DNA of 64,000 bases from Gemmatimonadota bacterium. GTDB taxonomy: Bacteria; Gemmatimonadota; Gemmatimonadetes; Longimicrobiales; Gaopeijiaceae. The position numbers and the translations under genes are program-made. This document shows positions 18,510 to 28,534 of the stretch, one piece after another. The notes under the pieces were generated by a model. That model did not search any database. It was not told the DNA's origin and was given only the letters and a program-made list of their open reading frames with translations. The stretch's first letter is position 1; each line of letters starts with the position of its first letter. The DNA is taken from assembly GCA_039589315.1 (NCBI GenBank), contig JBDHHQ010000043.1, positions 1-64,000 of the forward strand. Direction: 5' to 3'.

Positions 18510-21344
18510 CTATGGAATCGGCTCGGCCGGGTACAAGGATACGCGCACGTAGTTGTCCCGACGCAGGTAACGCTGCGCTGCCTCCTGCACCATGGCGCCG
18601 GTGATGCCGTCGATCAGCTCGAAGCTGGGGATCTCCTCGAGGTCGTCTCCGTAGCGGTCGGCCCTCATGATGCGTCCCGCCCACCAGCCATTGCGCTCGA
18701 GGCTGGTTTCCTTCGAACGCCGCTGGGTCTCCCGGACCTTTTCGATGTCCTCGGCGGTGGGTCCCTCGTTCTGGATGCGCTCGATCTCCTGCCACGCCAC
18801 CGCCACCAGGTCTTCCAGGCGATCGGGGTCGGCGCCGAAGCTCACCGAGAACTGGTATTCCTCCCGTGGCTGGCGGAGGATGCCCCCTCCGGCCGAGACG
18901 GTGTACGTCCCACCGAGGTCCTCCCGGAGCCGCTCCCGCAGCTTGATGCTGAGCACGTCGCCCAGCGCGCCCAGGGCCGCGGAGCTCTCGGGCGTCCACG
19001 CCTCGGGCCCGGTGAACACGATGCGGGTCTGGCTCTTGGGCTCGACCCCTCGCCGCACGACCTTTTCGATCACGCCCGACGGGGCCTCGATCCCCACGTC
19101 CCTCCAGGACTCATCCCGGTCGATATCCGGCAGGCCGCCCAGGTAGGTCTCCACCAGCGGGCGTATCTCGTCCACGTCGAACGCACCCACGAGCACGAAG
19201 GTGAAGTCACTGGCGTCCGCGAAACGGTCCAGGTAGAAGTCGTAGCCCACCTCCAGGTCGATCTCGTCCAGCATCTCCAGGGACGGCGGCTGCGCCCTGA
19301 AATGATCCTGGGACAGGGTCACGGTGAGCGTATCCGTGAAGGCCGCCTCGGGACTGGCGGTGCGGTTCGCCAGAAACGCCTGCATGCGGGTGCGGAACGA
19401 CTGGAAGGCACCGTCGTCCTTGCGCGGCTCCGTGAAATACAGGTAGGCCAGCTCGAACATCGTCTGTACGTCCTTCGGCGAGGCGCTTCCCGTCATGCCC
19501 TCCGTCAGCGTGCCGATGGTGGGCCGAACCTCAGCCGCCTTCCCCGCCAGCTTCTTGCCGAGCGAGACGATGTCGAACGCCCCTACGCCTCCCTGGCTCA
19601 CCAGAACCGCAGCCTGAGAGGCGGACTGAAACGCGTCGTCCGAGGCCAGAGAGTGCCCGCCTGGGCTATAGGCCTGGAGGATGATCTGGTCGTCCTCGAA
19701 ATCGGTGGGCTTGAGATACACCCTGACGCCGTTGGTGAGCTCCCAGAACGTGACGTCCAGCTCCTCGATGACCTCTTCCCCTTCTACGGCGCCGCCGGCC
19801 GGCACCGCTGCGACCAGAGGCGCGTCGGTAGCGATGTCCTCGTAGGGCCCGATTTCCGAGTCCTGCACGGCGGAGATGATCGCCGCCAGATCCGCCTCGG
19901 TGGGCGTGGCCAGCCCCGGCTTCTCCGGCGAATTGGTCAGGACCACGCGATCCCCGTCCACCAACCACACGCTGGCCAGCGCGTCGACCTCATCGAGGGT
20001 GATCCCCGGCATGAGGTCCTGGTGCAGCGCGTACTCCACCTCGATGCCCGGGAACGGCTCACCCGTGAGAAACGACCGCTGATACTCGGTGGCGAACGAG
20101 CTTGACTCTCGTGTCTCCCGGTCGGCGTACGCACGCTCGATGCCTCGCAGGAGCTCGATCTTCTGCCGCTCCAGCTCGCTCTCCGTGAAGCCGTGGCGCC
20201 TCACCCGCTCGGCCTCCGTGAGCAAGGTCTCGAACCCCCGCGGAGTGCCGCCCTCCTTCACCAGCGAGAACAGCTGGTAGAACTCGGACGTGCGGACGAA
20301 GCGGCCGGTGCCGGACCCCGCGAAAGCGAAGGGGGGATCGGCCTGCTGACCGAGCTCGAAGAGGCGCGCGTTGAACATGCCGTTGTAGAGACGCTCGACA
20401 ACGCTCGCACGGTAGGCCTCCACCGTGCCTTCCTCCCGGGCCGGCCGCTTCCATAGCACCGCCACCTGGGAGTTGGTTGCCTCGGCGTCGGTGGCGATGG
20501 CGTAGAGGGTCTCCGTGTGACCCGGCACGTCGTGCATGACCCTTGTTCGAGGCCCTGCCGGCCCGGTCAGCGCGCCGAAGTGCGACTCGATGAGACCGGT
20601 CATCCAGTCCTCGTCGAAGTCACCCACCGCCACGACGGCCATCAGGTCGGGCCGATACCAATCCTGGTAGAAGCGGATCAGCGCCTCGTGATCGAAGCTC
20701 TCGAGCACCTCCACTGACCCGATCGGTAGACGCTCCGCGTAGCGCGATCCCTGGAACAGAACCGGCAGCTGCTCGTCCAACATGCGGGCGCCGGCGCCGC
20801 GCCCCCTGCGCCACTCCTCGATGACCACCCCCCGCTCCTTGTCCACCTCCTCCGGATCGAAGCTGACCTGGTGAGCCCAGTCCTCCAGGATCTGCATGGC
20901 CGTCTCGACGATCTCCGGATCGTCGGTGGGAACGGTGAGCGTGTAAACCGTCTCGTCGAAGCTCGTGAAGGCGTTCACGTTGGGACCGAAGCGCATGCCG
21001 ATGGACTCCAGGTAGTCCACCAGCTCCTGCTTCTCGAAGTTGGCCGTGCCGTTGAAGGCCATGTGCTCGACGAAGTGGGCCAGCCCGAGCTGATCCTCGT
21101 CCTCCAAGACGGAGCCGGCGTTGAGCACCAGGTAGAGCTCCGCTCGCTGCTCGGGCTTCTGGTTGGCACGTACGAAGTAGGTGATCCCGCTGTCCAGCGT
21201 ACCGGTCCGGACGGCTGGATCGGGAGTGAGCTCACCTGCCGGAGCTTCCGCGCCCGTCTGGGCCCACAGGACGGCCGGGAGAAGGCCGGCGACGAGACCG
21301 AGGAGCAGTGGCCACGCACGCGCGGGCCGTCGGAGGTACGGCAT
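18510..21344 (-). CDS. M16-family zinc peptidase (PqqL-like)
   Basis: Signal peptide, GLAHFVEHMAFNGT (HxxEH), NAFTSFDETVY, ERGVVIEE, LREDLGGTY. Confidence 0.95.
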   Translation of the reverse strand: MPYLRRPARAWPLLLGLVAGLLPAVLWAQTGAEAPAGELTPDPAVRTGTLDSGITYFVRANQKPEQRAELYLVLNAGSVLEDEDQLGLAHFVEHMAFNGTANFEKQELVDYLESIGMRFGPNVNAFTSFDETVYTLTVPTDDPEIVETAMQILEDWAHQVSFDPEEVDKERGVVIEEWRRGRGAGARMLDEQLPVLFQGSRYAERLPIGSVEVLESFDHEALIRFYQDWYRPDLMAVVAVGDFDEDWMTGLIESHFGALTGPAGPRTRVMHDVPGHTETLYAIATDAEATNSQVAVLWKRPAREEGTVEAYRASVVERLYNGMFNARLFELGQQADPPFAFAGSGTGRFVRTSEFYQLFSLVKEGGTPRGFETLLTEAERVRRHGFTESELERQKIELLRGIERAYADRETRESSSFATEYQRSFLTGEPFPGIEVEYALHQDLMPGITLDEVDALASVWLVDGDRVVLTNSPEKPGLATPTEADLAAIISAVQDSEIGPYEDIATDAPLVAAVPAGGAVEGEEVIEELDVTFWELTNGVRVYLKPTDFEDDQIILQAYSPGGHSLASDDAFQSASQAAVLVSQGGVGAFDIVSLGKKLAGKAAEVRPTIGTLTEGMTGSASPKDVQTMFELAYLYFTEPRKDDGAFQSFRTRMQAFLANRTASPEAAFTDTLTVTLSQDHFRAQPPSLEMLDEIDLEVGYDFYLDRFADASDFTFVLVGAFDVDEIRPLVETYLGGLPDIDRDESWRDVGIEAPSGVIEKVVRRGVEPKSQTRIVFTGPEAWTPESSAALGALGDVLSIKLRERLREDLGGTYTVSAGGGILRQPREEYQFSVSFGADPDRLEDLVAVAWQEIERIQNEGPTAEDIEKVRETQRRSKETSLERNGWWAGRIMRADRYGDDLEEIPSFELIDGITGAMVQEAAQRYLRRDNYVRVSLYPAEPIP

Positions 21345-21506
21345 CCTGGTTCTCCGGCGTCTGGATGAGGCGACGGGCGAGGATTCAGCCTGGGCAGCCC
21401 GTCTCCGTCGTGGGTCCGCGCCCCGGCGAGAGCTGGGACACGAGTGAAGGGCCGGAGGTTCCTTCGGAAGGGGCCGGTGCGACGCGGTGTGGCGCGTCGG
21501 CCAACC

Positions 21507-21992
21507 TCAGAAGTGGATCTTCAGGAGCGTGTGGACGTGCACCAACATCACGCAGCCGTAGGCGACGAGGAGCACCAGGCCCCCCGTTCGTGCCGTGCCG
21601 AAGAACCTATGAACGCTGAGGAACGGGAAGATGATGGCTGCGGTTGCGACCTTCACGCCCAGGAACCACTCCCAACCGGCGCCGTAGACCCGGTTCATGA
21701 TGGGGTTCACCTCGGACCCCCCGTTCGCCAGGATGTAGAGGGTCAGCCCCCCGTCCAGGAGGATCATGGCGGTGATGGCCATCAGGGCCCCGAACCAGGC
21801 TCCGTCTGCCCGGTCGACGTAGTACGCCTGCAACGGATCCGTTGCGCGACGGTTTCGCCTGCGGCGCCCGATCAGGCTATAGCGGGAGAACCACGGTGTG
21901 GGGCGGCCTCTGCGGTCGCTACGCTCGCGCCCGTCCCAGCTGGGCTGACCCGGACGCGCCGATCTGGCTGTGGACTCTGCTTCTGCGTTCAA
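21507..21992 (-). CDS. DUF5658-like membrane protein
   Basis: GRRRRNRR..D...YYVDR, LDGGLT, GGSEVNPIM, 3 TM segments. TTG start after GAGGGGAG (start uncertain). Confidence 0.65.
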   Translation of the reverse strand: MNAEAESTARSARPGQPSWDGRERSDRRGRPTPWFSRYSLIGRRRRNRRATDPLQAYYVDRADGAWFGALMAITAMILLDGGLTLYILANGGSEVNPIMNRVYGAGWEWFLGVKVATAAIIFPFLSVHRFFGTARTGGLVLLVAYGCVMLVHVHTLLKIHF

Positions 21993-22115
21993 GACTCTCC
22001 CCTCTCTGCGATCTCGTGCGGGAGCCGACCGTACGGGCGCGCTGCGCTGCTGCCCCGAGGGACCTTGCAAGACCGATGCCCACGATCCGCCCGGTCAGGT
22101 CCGGGAGAGGGGCGC

Positions 22116-24179
22116 TCAGCCCTCTGGCAGCGCGTAGGCGATCACGTAGTCCCCGGGGGTGCCGATCCCTTCGCGTCCACCGGCGGCGATGACGACGTAC
22201 TGCCGTCCGCCCGTCTCGTAGGTCATGGGCGTGGCCTGACCACCCGCGGGGAGCGAGACGTCCCACAGCTTCCGGCCCGTCTCCACGTCGAACGCTCGGA
22301 AGTGGTCGTCCATCGTAGCCGCGACGAAAACCAGCCCTCCTGCCGTGATCATGGGCCCGCCGAAGGGCAACGTGCCCAGGTCGGGATCACCCTCGAAGGC
22401 AGGGTGCAGCTCCGGCTCGGGCACCGTGCCCAGGGGCACCTCCCACACGATCACGCCGGTGTCCGTATCGACAGCGATCAACGTCCCCCACGGCGGCGGC
22501 GAGCAAGGCGTGCCGTCCGGCGCGATGAGGGGAGCGCGGCTCATGCCGAAGGGCGTGCCCTGCTGTCCGGCGAACTCGACGCCCTCCTGACCCTGGCGCC
22601 TCGCCTCGGCGAACTCCTCCCGGGGATGGAGGCGCACGAAGAACGGGATGTGCTTCAACGTCGTGACAACCAGGTTGTGGGTGGGGTCCCAGGCCATGCT
22701 GCCCCAGTTCATGCCCCCGGCGATCCCCGGCCAGAGCAGCGTTCCCTGCGTGCTGGGGGGCGTGAAGGGCCCCTCGTACCACAGCGTGCCGAGAAGCGTC
22801 TGGCAAAAGCGGCGACCCTCTTCGGTGACCCCATATGCCATGTCCGGCGTCAACGGCCGGTCGATCAGCGGTGGCGGCACCACGGGAAACGGTTGGGTGG
22901 GCCACGCCTCCTCACCGGGGATCCGGCTGGGGGGCACCGGCCGCTCCTCCACGGGGAAGAGCGGCTCGCCGGTCTCCCGGTGCAGGACGAACAGGTGGCC
23001 CATCTTCGTCCCGACGGCCACGGCCGGCACGTCCTGGCCGTCTCGCGGCACGGTGATCAAGCTCGGCTGCGCAGGAACGTCGTAGTCCCACAGGTCGTGG
23101 TGCACGACCTGGAAGTGCCAGACGACCTCACCAGTCGACGCCCGGAGCGCCACCACCGAGTTGGCGAACAGGTTGGACCCGGTGCGCTGCCCGCCGTAGA
23201 AGTCGGGCGCCGCGCTCCCGGTGGGCACGAAGACCAGGTCACGCTCCGGGTCGGCCGACAGGGGCGCCCACGCGTTGGCGGCGCCGGTGACCTCGGCCGC
23301 TTCCGGGGTCCAGTCGGACCAGGCGGGGTGTTCGGGAGACCGGGGAATGGGGTCCCAGGCCCAGAGCCGCTCTCCCGTCCTCGCGTGGAAGCCGCGCACG
23401 ATCCCCCGCTCCACCGCGGCCCGGCGGTTGTCGCCGATGGCGGACCCCACGACGATCACGTCACCCGCCACAGCCGGGGGTGACGTGATCATGTAGTCTC
23501 CCGGATCCACCCGCCCTACGTCCTGGTCGAGGCGGAGCTGGCCGGCCTCACCGAAGTCCGCACACGGCGAGCCGGTCGACGCGTCCAGCGCAACCAGCCG
23601 GGCGTCGATGGTACCCAGAAAGATCCGCTCCAGGCACGGGTCCGACCCGCCAGTCCCCGCGGTCCAATACGACACGCCGCGGGAGATGAACCCCTCGGAG
23701 TAGTCGAGATCCAGGTTGGCCTGCGAGTCGTAGACCCACTGCTGCTCGCCGGTGGCCGGGTCCAGGGCCACCACCCGATTGACGGGCGTGCTCAGGTAGA
23801 GCGTTCCACCCACCATCAGCGGGGTGACTTCGAACCGGGCGTCCGACGAGTGGCAATCCGCGCATCCCCCTCCGCCGGCGGCCTCGTGGTCCGGGTCGTC
23901 CGGTGCCTCGCCGGTCCGGTAGGTCCAGGCGACTTCCAGATCCCCGACGTTGTCCCTCCGGATGCGCACCAGCGGCGAGAAGCGGGTGCCCCCCGGGTCG
24001 CGACCGTACGCGGGCCACTCACCGGGCTCCACCGGCACGGACGGGCCGGCTCTGGTGGCCGCACCGGGATCGGCCCCGCCAGCGTCGCATGCGGCGAGCC
24101 ATCCGAGGGCCAGAGCCGCGCCGAGGAATGACAGGCCAACGGGGAGGCGTGACTGGCGGTGGGTGGGCAGCGCGGGCAT
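22116..24179 (-). CDS. PQQ-dependent dehydrogenase (glucose/quinate family), lipoprotein
   Basis: Lipobox WLAAC, WPAYGRD.GGTRFSPL, FEVTPL, HHDLWDYD, PWG.L.A, QATPMTY; ATG 24179 follows AGGAG. Confidence 0.92.
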   Translation of the reverse strand: MPALPTHRQSRLPVGLSFLGAALALGWLAACDAGGADPGAATRAGPSVPVEPGEWPAYGRDPGGTRFSPLVRIRRDNVGDLEVAWTYRTGEAPDDPDHEAAGGGGCADCHSSDARFEVTPLMVGGTLYLSTPVNRVVALDPATGEQQWVYDSQANLDLDYSEGFISRGVSYWTAGTGGSDPCLERIFLGTIDARLVALDASTGSPCADFGEAGQLRLDQDVGRVDPGDYMITSPPAVAGDVIVVGSAIGDNRRAAVERGIVRGFHARTGERLWAWDPIPRSPEHPAWSDWTPEAAEVTGAANAWAPLSADPERDLVFVPTGSAAPDFYGGQRTGSNLFANSVVALRASTGEVVWHFQVVHHDLWDYDVPAQPSLITVPRDGQDVPAVAVGTKMGHLFVLHRETGEPLFPVEERPVPPSRIPGEEAWPTQPFPVVPPPLIDRPLTPDMAYGVTEEGRRFCQTLLGTLWYEGPFTPPSTQGTLLWPGIAGGMNWGSMAWDPTHNLVVTTLKHIPFFVRLHPREEFAEARRQGQEGVEFAGQQGTPFGMSRAPLIAPDGTPCSPPPWGTLIAVDTDTGVIVWEVPLGTVPEPELHPAFEGDPDLGTLPFGGPMITAGGLVFVAATMDDHFRAFDVETGRKLWDVSLPAGGQATPMTYETGGRQYVVIAAGGREGIGTPGDYVIAYALPEG

Positions 24180-24500
24180 CGCTCGCTCCTGCGGGGTCCT
24201 AGGCTTCAGAGCACCTACGGCGGAGATGCGGCGCAACGTAACCAGCGCTCTGCTTCTGCGCTCGCGGTGCGAAGACGGTTTCGGCGCCGGGTGGCGGCGA
24301 CGCCGCCCGGGTGGCACAGCGATTCCGCTGCCCCCCAAATGTTTCCTTGCGCAGGGCTTCCGGCGGCGAGCAGCTTCGTTCGGAACCCCCGACTTCACCA
24401 GACCCGCGATGCGCGGGCGGCCCGCAGCCGGCCTCTACGCCGGCCTCCTCGGTGCCGAGGACATCTCGGCGACCGTTGACTCATTGCTGGAGGCGGTACA

Positions 24501-26027
24501 ATGAAGATCCGTTCACCCCGTTCGATCGGCCTCGGCCTTCTGCTGGCGACCGCCGCGTGTGGCGGGGAATCCGACGGTGACGGCGCTGCCATCACCTCAG
24601 AAGCGGCCTCGCGGGCAAGCGTGGTCATGGCCCTGCCCGTGACGAGCTCCGTTCCCTCTGCGGTCGAGCACTTCATGCTCGGCCAGCGAGATCTGGACAT
24701 GGGTCGGGCGAACCGGGCCCGCGGGCACTTCGAGGCCGCCATCGAAGCCGACGGTTCCCTGGCCTCGGGGCATCTGCGGGCCGCGCAGATCGCCAACTCG
24801 TTCGCCAGCTACCGCGCGCACCTGGAGCAGGCCGAAGCGCTGGCCGGCACCGCCAGCGAAGCTGAGCAGCTCCTCGTGGCCATCGAGCGGTATGGGTTCG
24901 ACGGAGACCGGGAAGGCATGCTGACCGCCGCCGAACAGCTGGTGACCATCGCGCCCGAGAGCCCGCGGGCATGGCTGATTCTGGCTGGCATACAGAACGG
25001 ATTCAACCGGGTCGAGGACGCCCGGACGTCCATGCAGCGGGCCATTCAGGCGTCTCCGGAGTTCGCCAACGCGCACCTGCAGCTGGCCAACTCCCTGATC
25101 CTGAGGGATCCCAAGGACATTACGACAGCCGAGGAGCACGTCCGACACGCCATCGAGCTCGAGCCCGGCGAGGCGCTTCCGCAGGACATTCTGGGCGACG
25201 TTCAGCGTGCCGCCGGTGACTTCGAGGCGTCACGGGCGTCGTACGCACGAGCCGCGGAGCTGGCTCAAACCGACCCGGAGGCGGCCTCTGCCTTCCAACA
25301 GCTGGGGCACGTGAACAGCTTCCTCGGCAACTACGACGAAGCCCGGGTGAACTACGACGAGGCCATTGCCAAAGCCGAGGGCAACGCCAGGGCGACGTTC
25401 GGACAGTGGCGCGCGTTCGTGAACCTCCATGCGGGAGACGCCCAGGCCGCCATCGACGAGCTGAATGCCCTGGTGGACGCCATCGACGGCATGAACATCC
25501 CCGAGCCCACGGGCGTCAAGATCGGGACGCTCGCCCAGATCGCCTCCGTCGGCCTCCACGCCGGCATGATCGCCCAGGCCGAGAACGCCCTCGGCCGTCG
25601 GGCCGAGTTGATGCGAACCTGGATCGAGGAGGTGGGCACCGAGGAGTTCCGGCGCGGCCAGGAAGCCAACATCGCCTTCTTCGACGGGCTGGTCGCGGTG
25701 GAAAACGGCCAGCACGACGTGGCGAACGCCAGGGCCCAGGAGATCATGGAGTTGGTGGAACCCGAGAACGACCCGCGCAAGTTCGAGCTGGCTCACCAGC
25801 TCCTGGGGTCCTCGAGCCTGGCGCGAGAGGACTACGAGGCGGCCCTCCAGCACCTCGAGCAGGCCAACACCAACAACGTCTACAATCAATACGAGAGAGC
25901 CCTGGCCCACGAAGCGCTGGGTCAGACTGCCGAGGCGCAGGCACTCTACCGGGGGATCGCCGACAACCGGTTCAACGACGTGAACACGGCCATGCTCCGG
26001 AGCATTGCCCTCGAAAAGACGATGTGA
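24501..26027 (+). CDS. Tetratricopeptide-repeat lipoprotein
   Basis: GGAGG RBS, lipobox ATAAC, repeated TPR-like helices (AIELEP, AIQASPE). Confidence 0.85.
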   Translation: MKIRSPRSIGLGLLLATAACGGESDGDGAAITSEAASRASVVMALPVTSSVPSAVEHFMLGQRDLDMGRANRARGHFEAAIEADGSLASGHLRAAQIANSFASYRAHLEQAEALAGTASEAEQLLVAIERYGFDGDREGMLTAAEQLVTIAPESPRAWLILAGIQNGFNRVEDARTSMQRAIQASPEFANAHLQLANSLILRDPKDITTAEEHVRHAIELEPGEALPQDILGDVQRAAGDFEASRASYARAAELAQTDPEAASAFQQLGHVNSFLGNYDEARVNYDEAIAKAEGNARATFGQWRAFVNLHAGDAQAAIDELNALVDAIDGMNIPEPTGVKIGTLAQIASVGLHAGMIAQAENALGRRAELMRTWIEEVGTEEFRRGQEANIAFFDGLVAVENGQHDVANARAQEIMELVEPENDPRKFELAHQLLGSSSLAREDYEAALQHLEQANTNNVYNQYERALAHEALGQTAEAQALYRGIADNRFNDVNTAMLRSIALEKTM

Positions 26028-26070
26028 TCGGCTGAAGGCGGCGGCACCGTCCGTTGCCCTCCAGGAAGCG

Positions 26071-26108
26071 CGGGGCCGCTCCAACTCGGAGCGGCCCCGT
26101 TCCCCTTT
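26071..26108 (+). terminator. Probable intrinsic terminator
   Basis: 12-bp stem CGGGGCCGCTCC-AACTC-GGAGCGGCCCCG followed by pyrimidines, just after the TPR gene. Confidence 0.65.
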
Positions 26109-26317
26109 CCCTGGCTCCGTGACGGCGCGGCCTGTACCCCAGTGGACGATCAGCCCGATCCGGGAGACGTGACTGCCTCCGGCACGCACACCCGTAGACC
26201 CCGCTCCCGCCTCGCATGTCCGCTCTAAACCTCCCGGAACGTTCGTCCGACAACTGAATCAGAGGCAGGCTCCACCTCGAAAACGCCGGCGCTCGGCGCC
26301 GCGGGAGTGTATTTGTT

Positions 26318-27202
26318 ATGCGCCATAAGCTGACGAATCTGATCGTCGTCGCGCTCACGGCTTTCGGCCTCACGGCCTGCGACGAGGGCACGCTGGCACC
26401 GAGCCAGGGGACGATTGTGGTCTTCCTGACCGACGCAGAGGGCGACGTCAAGGAAGTCTGGGTCCAGATCGAAGAGATGTACGTCAGGGGGAACGGCGAG
26501 AGGTTCGACCTCCTGGACGAGCCGACGGATTGGATCGAGCTGACGGCCCTTGCGCAGTCCAGCCTGGAGTTGGTCGACGGTGTCGAGCTGCCTGCCGGCA
26601 CGTACCAGGAGCTCCGCATGGTGCTGGGTGACGCCGTGCTGGTCACGATGACCGACGAGGTCTTCAAGACGCCCGGGGCAGACCACCCCGCATACGAAGC
26701 AGATCCGGAAGACGGCCTGCTGAATTGCCCCAGCTGCTCGCAGAGCGGCTTCAAGGTGAAGCTGCCCGGTGGCGGCTTCGAGCTCACCGCGGACGGCTAC
26801 GTCATGTTGGCCGACTTCGACGTGAGCCAGAGCTTCGGCAGGGAGCGGGGCAGCTCCAGCCAGTGGGTGATGGACCCCACCATCCACGCCGCGGCCCTCC
26901 AGGCGGGCGGGAGCATCAGCGGGACCGTGGCGCTGGCCGCTGGCCTGGTGCCCACGTGTCCGGATGGCTCCAACCCTGGTCTTGACGTCTTCGTGCCGAC
27001 GGCCACCGCCCAGAACCTCGAGGACGGGGACATGAACGCCATCGTGCGTACCGGCGAGACGGACGTGATCGGGCTCAACGGCTATACGCTCATGTTCACG
27101 GCCGAGGTTTCTGACCCCACCGCGGAAGTGGTGGAGGGCGGGGCTGTGGAAGGTATCATCTATACCGTGACCGGTGCCGACTGTGTAGTGGCCGGACCCT
27201 GA
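26318..27202 (+). CDS. DUF4382-domain lipoprotein
   Basis: Lipobox GLTAC, VFLTDA, LPAGTYQELR, ADFDVSQSF, WVMDP. Confidence 0.85.
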   Translation: MRHKLTNLIVVALTAFGLTACDEGTLAPSQGTIVVFLTDAEGDVKEVWVQIEEMYVRGNGERFDLLDEPTDWIELTALAQSSLELVDGVELPAGTYQELRMVLGDAVLVTMTDEVFKTPGADHPAYEADPEDGLLNCPSCSQSGFKVKLPGGGFELTADGYVMLADFDVSQSFGRERGSSSQWVMDPTIHAAALQAGGSISGTVALAAGLVPTCPDGSNPGLDVFVPTATAQNLEDGDMNAIVRTGETDVIGLNGYTLMFTAEVSDPTAEVVEGGAVEGIIYTVTGADCVVAGP

Positions 27203-27223
27203 CCGGTACGACCGAGCCGCACA

Positions 27224-27266
27224 CAGCCCCCGGAGCGCCCTGAGCGCTCCGGGGGCTGCTTCTTTT
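27224..27266 (+). terminator. Intrinsic terminator
   Basis: 15-bp stem CAGCCCCCGGAGCGC-CCTGA-GCGCTCCGGGGGCTG followed by CTTCTTTT, between convergent genes. Confidence 0.8.
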
Positions 27267-28297
27267 CAGGAACCTCCTGACGAAGTCGACGGAGCGACCG
27301 TCGGCATGATCACCCCACAGCCCACGGTGGCGAGTGCAGCCCGGAGGCCCGCCAGTGCACCGTCCGGCAACACGCCCACGATAGCGCCACCCGACCCGGC
27401 GAACTTGGCGGGCGCTCCCGCCTCACGGGCCAGCTCCACCATGCGCGCGTGGGCTGCGGCCACGTGGCTCACCGATGCGCGGAGCTCGAAGTTCCGGTCC
27501 ATGAGTCGACCGAGCTCGTCGTAACGCCCCGAGCCCAGCGCCGCCCGAGCTTCGTCTACCAGAGCCGCCAGGGCCGCCATGGTGGCGAGCACTTGCGGGT
27601 CGCGCTCGCGGTAGCGCCGGGCCAGGTCACCGTGGACGACCTCGGTGGGCTCTGCCATACCCGTGCCGTACGCCAGGTAGAGGGGCGGCAGCGAGGCCGG
27701 GTCCAACGCCTGGTACGACCCGCAGGGGTAGCCATCTACGTCCTCCATCGCCTCGTCCGTCAGGTCCAGTGCCACGAGGCCGCCGTAGACGTGGGCCACC
27801 CGGTCCATGAGTCCGGCCGGGATCCCCAGCTCCTCGGTCTCCACGCGCAGCGCCAGTGAGGCGAGCTGCCGGCGTGGGATCGCGACGTCGTAGAACGACA
27901 TGAGGGCGCGCAACGCCGCCACGACGATGGCGCTGGATCCCGCCAGTCCGACTTGCCGGGGCACCGTCGAGCGGTAGCTGATGCGAAAGCCCCGATCGTC
28001 CAAGCCGATCCCCCGGGCCGCACAGTGGTCGGCGAACGCCTTGGCCGCCGCCCGGAGGAGGCGCACGCCGCCGTAGTACCCGTGCCGGCCCACGTGATCG
28101 GCCAGCTCCCGGATGGAGCGGTGAGCAGGGTGGTCCTCGGGCCCGCCCGCCACCTCGACCCGGTCGTGGGGCTGGAGCGAGACTTCGGCGAAGAAGTCCG
28201 TGAGGCTCACCGCCAGGGCCTTGCCGCCGTAGCCGTCCGAGGGATTCCCCATCAGCCCGGCTCGCGTGTAGGCCCGGCGCACGATCGCTTCCACCAC
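27266..28297 (-). CDS. GHMP-family kinase, glucuronokinase-like
   Basis: RAGLMGNPSD, GYYGGVRLL, PRQVGLAGSSA (GHMP loop), AGLMDRVA.VYGG, KFAGSGGA. Start probably GTG at 28294/28297. Confidence 0.85.
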   Translation of the reverse strand: MVEAIVRRAYTRAGLMGNPSDGYGGKALAVSLTDFFAEVSLQPHDRVEVAGGPEDHPAHRSIRELADHVGRHGYYGGVRLLRAAAKAFADHCAARGIGLDDRGFRISYRSTVPRQVGLAGSSAIVVAALRALMSFYDVAIPRRQLASLALRVETEELGIPAGLMDRVAHVYGGLVALDLTDEAMEDVDGYPCGSYQALDPASLPPLYLAYGTGMAEPTEVVHGDLARRYRERDPQVLATMAALAALVDEARAALGSGRYDELGRLMDRNFELRASVSHVAAAHARMVELAREAGAPAKFAGSGGAIVGVLPDGALAGLRAALATVGCGVIMPTVAPSTSSGGS

Positions 28298-28534
28298 AGC
28301 TCCATTGCGGGAGATGATTCGGTCGGGGCGGCCAAGCTCCGTGTTGGCCTCCCGGCGGGCAAGGGTGACCGGTTCAAACCTTCCGCGTGACATGACCGTC
28401 CAAGTCTAGTGCGGTGTCATCGAGCCACCGTGCACCACTGCACCAGATACCGGGCGTCCCATTGGCACCGCGGTGCCGTCCCCGGGACCTCCGGCCAATG
28501 CCCCAGGGAAACCGTGAGAATCGGAGGACGGGAG

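Noticed and set aside
22093..22115. SRP RNA-like GGTCAGGTCCGG
   Set aside because: It lacks the following AAGGAAGCAGC and the enclosing long helix.
24312..24326. Sigma-54 promoter TGGCAC-N5-TTCC
   Set aside because: The -12 element is TTCC rather than TTGC, and there is no supporting evidence.
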